A DNA stretch of 63,878 nucleotides, counting the filler, from Acetivibrio sp. (GTDB lineage Bacteria; Bacillota; Clostridia; Acetivibrionales; Acetivibrionaceae), in the NCBI RefSeq assembly GCF_035371925.1. It is 6 parts of 6 records of this genome, joined end to end, with 100 filler letters (N's around TTAATTAATTAA, not from the genome) between each part and the next. Parts side by side here need not be neighbours in the genome. Positions count along the whole stretch, not along the records: positions 56,454 to 63,878 come from NZ_DAORXT010000120.1; 5 more parts are not named here. One strand, 5' to 3'. A program made the translations under genes and the position numbers. Positions within the stretch are counted from its first letter, which is position 1; the number at the start of each line of letters is the position of its first letter. This document shows, one piece after another, positions 57,741-63,878 of the stretch. Below the pieces are notes generated by a model. That model saw nothing but the letters and a program-made list of their open reading frames with translations, was not told where the DNA came from and made no database searches.

Positions 57741-59039
57741 ATGAACCTCTATACACTCTCAATAATCGCACTTATTGCATTGGTATTGGTCATAAATATA
57801 AAAAAAGCAAGGGTTATTTACATTAAGTCCCTTATGCTTCCCGCGGTGTGTGTGATTTTTATTCTTATGCTCATTATTTTTTCCGACACCGCGGTAAAAT
57901 CCGCCGGCAGCGGGCTTAGCCTATGGCTTAATGTTGTATTTCCTTCCCTCTTCCCCTTTTTTGCTGTATCAGAAATCCTTTACAGGACAGGGTTTATTAA
58001 GGCAATAGGAATACTTTTAGAACCCATAATGCGTCCTCTTTTCAATGTGCCCGGCTGCGGCTCCTTTGCCTTTGCCATGGGAATAACCAGCGGTTATCCT
58101 GTCGGTGCCAAAATCACGGCAAGCATGAGGGAAGAAAAGCTCCTTAGCAAAACAGAATCCGAAAGACTATTATCTTTCACCAACAACTCAGGTCCCCTTT
58201 TCATCATTGGAGCTGTTGCAGTCGGTATGTTCAGAATGCCTGAATTGGGACTTTTGCTTCTTGTATGTCACATACTGGCAAGCATCACAGTGGGAATTCT
58301 CTTTCGTTTCTATGGAAGAAACAGTCGGGAAGACAAAGCAAAAGACGGCAAAAATCTCTGGACGAGATTCAAAAAAGAACTGGCATATAACAGCAGACAA
58401 AAATTAAACCCCGGAACAATGCTCGGAGAAGCCATAAGAAACTCAATTAACGTAATGCTCTCCATCGGAGGATTTATTACTCTTTTCTCGGTTATTATAA
58501 ATATCCTGATTGAAATTGGATTTATATCCTGTCTGTCGTCATTTATTTCACCGTTGCTATCTCCTTTTGGAATAAAAAGAGAAATAGTTTTGGCCGTATT
58601 GAGCGGTTTTTTTGAAATGACGACAGGAACAAGCATGGCAAGCAAAGCAGCAAACACAACGCTCCAGGGCCAGCTTGCAGCGGTGAGTCTGTTGCTCGGA
58701 TGGGCAGGCCTTTCGGTGCACTTTCAGGTTTACAGCATTGTAAGCCGAACCGATATAAGCATAAAGCCTTATTTATTTGGTAAAATGCTTCAGGGAGTGT
58801 TTGCAGCAATTTATATTTCAATCGCAATGAAATTACCGTTTACGGCTTCTTTGACAGCCAAAAGCGTTCTTAATGTCATAACACCTTTTTCAGACTTTAC
58901 ATGGTATAATGCCTTGATATATTCGGCTCAGAATGTATTTGCATCATTTTGCATCCTTTTGATTCTCACAGCAATATCACTGACATTTCACTTTATAAGA
59001 TATATATGCAAAACTGTTTTATGTCGCTCCATACTTTAA
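57741..59039 (+). CDS. ylbJ: Sporulation integral membrane protein YlbJ
   Basis: VFPSLFPFF, LEPIMRPLFNVPG, SGYPVGAK, NNSGPLFIIGAV, GFFEMT.G, GWAGLSVHFQ. Confidence 0.9.
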   Translation: MNLYTLSIIALIALVLVINIKKARVIYIKSLMLPAVCVIFILMLIIFSDTAVKSAGSGLSLWLNVVFPSLFPFFAVSEILYRTGFIKAIGILLEPIMRPLFNVPGCGSFAFAMGITSGYPVGAKITASMREEKLLSKTESERLLSFTNNSGPLFIIGAVAVGMFRMPELGLLLLVCHILASITVGILFRFYGRNSREDKAKDGKNLWTRFKKELAYNSRQKLNPGTMLGEAIRNSINVMLSIGGFITLFSVIINILIEIGFISCLSSFISPLLSPFGIKREIVLAVLSGFFEMTTGTSMASKAANTTLQGQLAAVSLLLGWAGLSVHFQVYSIVSRTDISIKPYLFGKMLQGVFAAIYISIAMKLPFTASLTAKSVLNVITPFSDFTWYNALIYSAQNVFASFCILLILTAISLTFHFIRYICKTVLCRSIL

Positions 59040-59060
59040 AACAGCCTGAAAATTTTGCTG

Positions 59061-59498
59061 TTATTTTAGTTCTTCCCTATTTTCCCTTATTACTTGCAAA
59101 GTTTCTTCCAAAATTTGCTCAACCTTGTTTAAGATACTGTCAGCATATTCCTTTGTTCCAAGTCTGATTTCTCTTGCATTTTTCTGCGCATTGGAAATAA
59201 TCTCATTTGACTGCTCGTATGCTTTTTTTGTAATTTCATGTTCATCAATCAAGGATGCAATCTTGTTCTCCGCATCCTTTATTATATTATTGGCTTCCCT
59301 CTGTGCTTCAAGGAGAATTCTCTGCCTCTCCTCCTTTACCCATTTCGCCTGTTTTAGGTCATCGGGAAGTTTCAACCTGATTTCCTTGATAATCTCAAGT
59401 ATTTCTTCCTTATCCACCAAACACTTTCCTGAAAACGGTACACTAACACTTTTTTCAACAAGATCCTCAAGTGTTTCCAGAATTGCAAGCATCTCCAT
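59061..59498 (-). CDS. Conserved coiled-coil protein (DivIVA/ATPase-subunit-like) downstream of coaD
   Basis: LETLEDLVEKS..VPFSGKCLVD.EE.LE.I..IR..LP.DLKQAKW, then heptad repeats. Confidence 0.75.
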   Translation of the reverse strand: MEMLAILETLEDLVEKSVSVPFSGKCLVDKEEILEIIKEIRLKLPDDLKQAKWVKEERQRILLEAQREANNIIKDAENKIASLIDEHEITKKAYEQSNEIISNAQKNAREIRLGTKEYADSILNKVEQILEETLQVIRENREELK

Positions 59499-59528
59499 AT
59501 TTATCCCTCCTAAGGGTTTTTAGCAAGC

Positions 59529-60008
59529 CTATTTTCGAAACTTATCCATAATTCTATCCTTTATACAGTCCGGCACAAGTCCGTCAATGTTGCCTTTATT
59601 ACGGGCAAGTTCCCTTACAGAGCTGGAACTTAGAAAAGAATAGTTGATATTGGTCATCATAAACAGCGTCTCAATGTCGGAGTCAAGATTTTTATTCAAA
59701 AGAGCCATTTGCAGCTCATATTCAAAATCCGAAACAGCCCTTAAACCCTTGATAATAACCTTCGAATTCTTTTTCTTCATAAAATCTATTAAAAGCCCTG
59801 AAAAGCTCTCAATTTCCACATTATTTATGTCTTTAACGGCGCATTTTAACAGTTCCACCCTTTCTTCCAAGGTGAAAACCGGATTCTTGCTGCTGTTTAC
59901 AAGCACTCCAACCACAAGCTTGTCACACAATTTTGCTGCCCTTTGAATTATGTCCATATGACCGTTTGTTACCGGATCAAAACTTCCGGGATATACATAT
60001 ATATTCAC
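59529..60008 (-). CDS. coaD: Phosphopantetheine adenylyltransferase
   Basis: [34 protein letters not shown]. Confidence 0.97.
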   Translation of the reverse strand: MNIYVYPGSFDPVTNGHMDIIQRAAKLCDKLVVGVLVNSSKNPVFTLEERVELLKCAVKDINNVEIESFSGLLIDFMKKKNSKVIIKGLRAVSDFEYELQMALLNKNLDSDIETLFMMTNINYSFLSSSSVRELARNKGNIDGLVPDCIKDRIMDKFRK

Positions 60009-60049
60009 TCTTCATACCTTCCTGCTTTAAAAATTAATTCTCTTTAGCC

Positions 60050-60610
60050 TCATACAGGTTTTAGCCTGTAAAAGGATATAACAGTATCGCCATACTTTTG
60101 CCGGCGGTACCTTTCAAGACCGCCCACCTCTTCAGGAACTTCGTCTTCTACGTCATGCTCTGCAACAATTATTCCTTCCTGCATAATTATATCATTTTCA
60201 GCTATGTTTTTTAAAGTTTTCTCAACAAGCCCTTTGCCGTATGGCGGATCAAGAAATATTATATCAAATTTTTTGTTGTTTTTCGAAAATTTATTCAATG
60301 CCACAAAAACGTCACCGGCTATAACTGTAGCTTTGCTTTCAAGCTTTGTATGGGCAAGGTTCTCCTTTATTGTATGGAAGCATTCGCTGCTTTTATCCAC
60401 AAACACAGCAGAATCGGCACCTCTGCTTAGCGCCTCTATGCCCAGACTCCCCGTGCCCGCATATATGTCCAAAACATTTGCACCAGGTATCAAAGCAGCC
60501 AATATATTAAACACTGCTCCTTTTACCTTGTCCGATGTCGGCCTTGTAGTAAGTCCTTTTATTGTTTTAAGCTTGTGTCCCTTTGCTGTTCCCGCTATAA
60601 CTCTTAAAAT
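60050..60610 (-). CDS. rsmD: 16S rRNA m2G966 methyltransferase
   Basis: LRVIAG.AKG..L, TRPTSDKVK.AVFN, LDIYAGTGSLGIEALSRG, DPPY. Start uncertain (ATT 60610 or GTG 60625). Confidence 0.9.
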   Translation of the reverse strand: MLRVIAGTAKGHKLKTIKGLTTRPTSDKVKGAVFNILAALIPGANVLDIYAGTGSLGIEALSRGADSAVFVDKSSECFHTIKENLAHTKLESKATVIAGDVFVALNKFSKNNKKFDIIFLDPPYGKGLVEKTLKNIAENDIIMQEGIIVAEHDVEDEVPEEVGGLERYRRQKYGDTVISFYRLKPV

Positions 60611-60714
60611 GACAAATTCCTCCACTTGACATTGAATATTCTCGCTAAATTCAATATTATCACTATAATGATATTTTATATTATCATATACAATTGTCAA
60701 TCATAATTCGACTT

Positions 60715-62799
60715 TTAATTCAAACTTACGTCATTTAGCTTTCCCATAAATTTCTCGGCAATTTTTTCCTTCAGCTTAATATTTTCCTCCATGCATAAAT
60801 TTCTATCTTTTTTTAAAATCTCCTGCGCAGCTTCCTGCGCTTTTTTTAAAATTTCCATATCCCTATACAGGTTTGCAATTTTAAGGTCGGGCAATCCATG
60901 CTGCCTTGTGCCGAAAAATTCCCCCGGTCCTCTTATCAAAAGGTCTTTTTCGGATATTACAAAGCCATCTGAAGTCTCTTGCATAACTTTCATTCTCTCT
61001 TTTGCGATTTGGCTTTTACTTTCATTATAAAGAATGCAGTAGGACTGGTGCAAGCCCCTTCCCACACGGCCCCTTAGCTGATGAAGCTGAGCAAGCCCAA
61101 ACCTCTCGGCATTTTCCACAACCATAAGCGTTGCATTGGGAACATTTACTCCAACCTCTATAACTGTAGTGGATACAAGAATATCGATTTCTCCGTCTAA
61201 AAACTGCTGCATGACCTCTTCTTTTTCATTGGCGGGCATTTTCCCGTGGAGTAGACCCACTCTAAAGTCTTTGAAGTCCTCTTTTGCTATTTTTTCCGCC
61301 GTTTTTAGAGCGGATTTTGCTTCTATTTCATCCGATTCGTCCACCAGAGGACATACTATATAAGCCTGCCGGCCTTCAAGTATTTCTTTTTTTATAAAGC
61401 CGTTTATCCTCTCTCTCATACTGTTATCAACCGCATAGGTTTTTACAGTCTTTCTTCCTGGCGGAAGCTCGTCAATTATGGATATATCCAAATCACCATA
61501 AAGGATTAGGGCAAGAGTTCTGGGAATGGGAGTGGCCGTCATTACAAGGATGTCCGGATTTATTCCCTTGTTGGAAAGCATTGCCCTTTGCCTTACTCCA
61601 AAACGGTGCTGTTCATCGGTTACAACCAGTCCAAGCTTTGAAAAACGAACCTTCTCCTCAATAAGCGCATGGGTACCTATAACTATATCTATCTCACCGG
61701 ACTCGATTTTCAAAAGAAGCTCACTCTTTTGCTTCTTTGTCAGGCTTCCCACCAGCAAAGCAGTAGTTATCCCATGCTTGTCCATAATTTTTTTTAACGA
61801 TTCATAATGCTGCTTTGCCAAAATCTCAGTAGGAACCATCATCGCTCCCTGATATCCGCTCTTTACCGCTTTAACCAGTGCCAAAGCCGCAATAATTGTC
61901 TTTCCTGAGCCCACGTCCCCCTGAACAAGCCTGTTCATCACACGGCTGCTTTCCATATCCTTTTCTATCTCTTCCCATACTTTTTTCTGGGCATTGGTAA
62001 GTTTAAAGCCTATGCTGTCTATAAAATCCTCCATCACTTTTCTATTTGGCTCAAAGGCAATACCTTCTTTGCCGTCGAAAAGCACGGTCTTGATGCTAAG
62101 AAGCCCCAACTGCAGCAAAAAAAGCTCCTCAAACACCAGCCTGTACCTGGCGTTTTTAATATCCCCTTCATTTCGGGGAAAATGGATATTGGAAAAGGCA
62201 TAATTTATATCACAAAGGCAGTATTTTTTTCTCACCCATACAGGCAATACATCCTCCATATTCCCCACAACGAGCTCTAAAGCATTCTTAATCACACTTC
62301 TAATTATGTTTTGTGTAAGATTTGCTGTTGCATGATAGACCGGCACAATTTTCATTGTATTTTTAAACTCTTCTTTATCGGCCTTCTCATAAACCGGATT
62401 CTGTACCTCCAAGGTTTTATAGCCCCGTACTATCTTTCCATAAAAGATATAGCTTTCACCAACATTCAATACCTTTTTAATATAGGGCTGATTGTACCAT
62501 GTCCCTATTATAGTTCCCGTATCATCCTTTATATATGCCTGGTACAAAGTCAATCCGCGCCTAATATTTCTTTCCGTGACTTTCGACATAACAATGCCTT
62601 CAAAGGTGCAGCTCTCACCTTCCGTAAGCTCGCATATTTTTTTTATACTGCTCCTGTCCTCAAAGTCATAGGGAAAATGGGTAATCAAATCTTCAATATT
62701 AAAAATGCCGAGCCTATGAAAAAGTTTTGCCCTTGCTTCTCCAACGCCTTTAATATTCATTATGGATTCTTTCAGCATACCTTTTGTATCGCTGTTCAT
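60715..62799 (-). CDS. recG: ATP-dependent DNA helicase RecG
   Basis: KGVGE.RA, RLVFEE, MNRLVQGDVGSGKT, DEQHRFG, MTATPIPRTL, GLAQLHQLRGRVGRG. ATG 62799 follows AAGGA. Confidence 0.97.
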   Translation of the reverse strand: MNSDTKGMLKESIMNIKGVGEARAKLFHRLGIFNIEDLITHFPYDFEDRSSIKKICELTEGESCTFEGIVMSKVTERNIRRGLTLYQAYIKDDTGTIIGTWYNQPYIKKVLNVGESYIFYGKIVRGYKTLEVQNPVYEKADKEEFKNTMKIVPVYHATANLTQNIIRSVIKNALELVVGNMEDVLPVWVRKKYCLCDINYAFSNIHFPRNEGDIKNARYRLVFEELFLLQLGLLSIKTVLFDGKEGIAFEPNRKVMEDFIDSIGFKLTNAQKKVWEEIEKDMESSRVMNRLVQGDVGSGKTIIAALALVKAVKSGYQGAMMVPTEILAKQHYESLKKIMDKHGITTALLVGSLTKKQKSELLLKIESGEIDIVIGTHALIEEKVRFSKLGLVVTDEQHRFGVRQRAMLSNKGINPDILVMTATPIPRTLALILYGDLDISIIDELPPGRKTVKTYAVDNSMRERINGFIKKEILEGRQAYIVCPLVDESDEIEAKSALKTAEKIAKEDFKDFRVGLLHGKMPANEKEEVMQQFLDGEIDILVSTTVIEVGVNVPNATLMVVENAERFGLAQLHQLRGRVGRGLHQSYCILYNESKSQIAKERMKVMQETSDGFVISEKDLLIRGPGEFFGTRQHGLPDLKIANLYRDMEILKKAQEAAQEILKKDRNLCMEENIKLKEKIAEKFMGKLNDVSLN

Positions 62800-62983
62800 A
62801 ATATGCCCATCCTTTGCAAATTGCATCTGATACAAATAATTTTAATATATATAAGGCTTTTTTGCCATATATGCAAAAAAAACTTGATAATAGTGCAAAC
62901 TATATGTTAAAATAGGTATTGTTTTTAATGTGCAAAAAATATCGTGGATTAATTTCTCCAGATTCAAAGGAGGTGTAGTATAA

Positions 62984-63172
62984 ATGGCAAAGTGTGATAT
63001 ATGCAGCAAAGATATGCTTTTTGGCTTGAAGGTCAGTCACTCCAACAGGAAAACCAATAGATCGTGGAAGCCAAATGTCAGGAAAATCAGAATTATTGAT
63101 AACGGTACCCCAAAGACAGCAAATGTCTGCACAAGGTGTTTGCGTTCAAACAAGGTTACCAGAGCAATATAA
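62984..63172 (+). CDS. rpmB: 50S ribosomal protein L28 (Cys-containing form)
   Basis: MAKCDICSK...G..VSHSNRKTNR.WKPN...VCTRCLRS; RBS GGAGG. Confidence 0.96.
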   Translation: MAKCDICSKDMLFGLKVSHSNRKTNRSWKPNVRKIRIIDNGTPKTANVCTRCLRSNKVTRAI

Positions 63173-63445
63173 CAGCTTAAATAAAATATTAAAAATAGCG
63201 AAAAAAGTGTACCACATTCTTCTAAACTATGTGATACACTTTTTTATTCCTCCGCCCATTATTAAATAAGTCAACCCATTTTAAGAACCTTTCTTAAAAT
63301 GTTTCCGAAAAACTTTGGCATTTTTACCACCAATATTTTCATATAAAAACACTCCTCCCCGGTAAAACGCTCCCCAATACATAGTATATTCATAATGCTG
63401 TTTTGTTGTGATTTTCGATTTATTCCACAAACTCAATCGGCATTT

Positions 63446-63709
63446 TCAGCTGGCTTCTTTTAATACTTTTCTTACAACTTTGAAAATCATAGTTGCTGCC
63501 AGTGCGCAAAAAAATGTCGGTATCAACGCAATATCCATAATTTTAGGGCCATAAGTATTAATGTAAGGCATATAAGCCCCAATCCATGATGCGGGAAGCG
63601 CAACAACACAAGCTCTCCAGATATCTTCAGGCATTTGCCTTGCAACAATATTATTTCCCAGCCATGCTGCAATCAAAGCAATTATAATTGTAATAATAAA
63701 TCCACCCAT
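63446..63709 (-). CDS. Small membrane protein, GlsB/YeaQ/YmgE-like
   Basis: Three hydrophobic segments, A.WIG..GP...IALIP pattern; RBS AGGAG. Confidence 0.55.
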   Translation of the reverse strand: MGGFIITIIIALIAAWLGNNIVARQMPEDIWRACVVALPASWIGAYMPYINTYGPKIMDIALIPTFFCALAATMIFKVVRKVLKEAS

Positions 63710-63878
63710 CAACAACTCCTCCTAAGTAAGAAAATTAGATTCCATCATAATAGTATTTCCATATAAATGTTTTATTTGCTAAATTACCGAATAAAATATA
63801 TTATCAAAATTTATTTATATAAACTGAATATTCTCGAAAAGTAACTGGAAAACCAGCTAAATGTTAATTATTGGGATA

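Overview
This is a low-GC, endospore-forming Firmicute draft genome of the Acetivibrio (Clostridium) thermocellum group. The call rests on a CBM42-bearing RsgI anti-sigma, nfnAB, an SLH protein and spoIIE/spoVB/ylbJ. The window is NOT contiguous DNA. It is six contigs joined by 100-nt artificial linkers (44 N + TTAATTAATTAA + 44 N) at 11609, 22926, 34202, 45304 and 56354. The four complete contigs fall in descending length (11217, 11176, 11002, 10950 nt), so adjacency across gaps means nothing. Contig 1: XRE regulator, frameshifted prfB, large secreted protein, DUF2520-larB-larC-radical SAM, nfnAB. Contig 2: mtnP-mtnA, DtxR/MntR-type regulator with feoAB, rarA, iorAB-paaK-ACT. Contig 3: four tRNAs, spoIIE, PilZ, dusB, pilM, spoVB, MCP. 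Contig 6: rsgI fragment, ylbJ, coaD, rsmD, recG, rpmB. The accessory material is in contigs 4 and 5. Contig 4 is a type I R-M operon, bounded by a 21-bp direct repeat, with two candidate RNases (Schlafen/AlbA_2-HATPase and an RloC-like ABC-HEPN protein) inserted between hsdM and hsdS. It also holds a deleted paralog remnant and a frameshifted ORF resembling a Cas10-type C-terminus. Contig 5 has an intact BREX pglX with no other brx genes beside it, paired with an ADP-ribosylglycohydrolase, next to a DUF1848 gene. An IS30-like end appears to interrupt rsgI at its conserved Asn-Pro site. All family calls come from motif recognition by eye; no searches were run.
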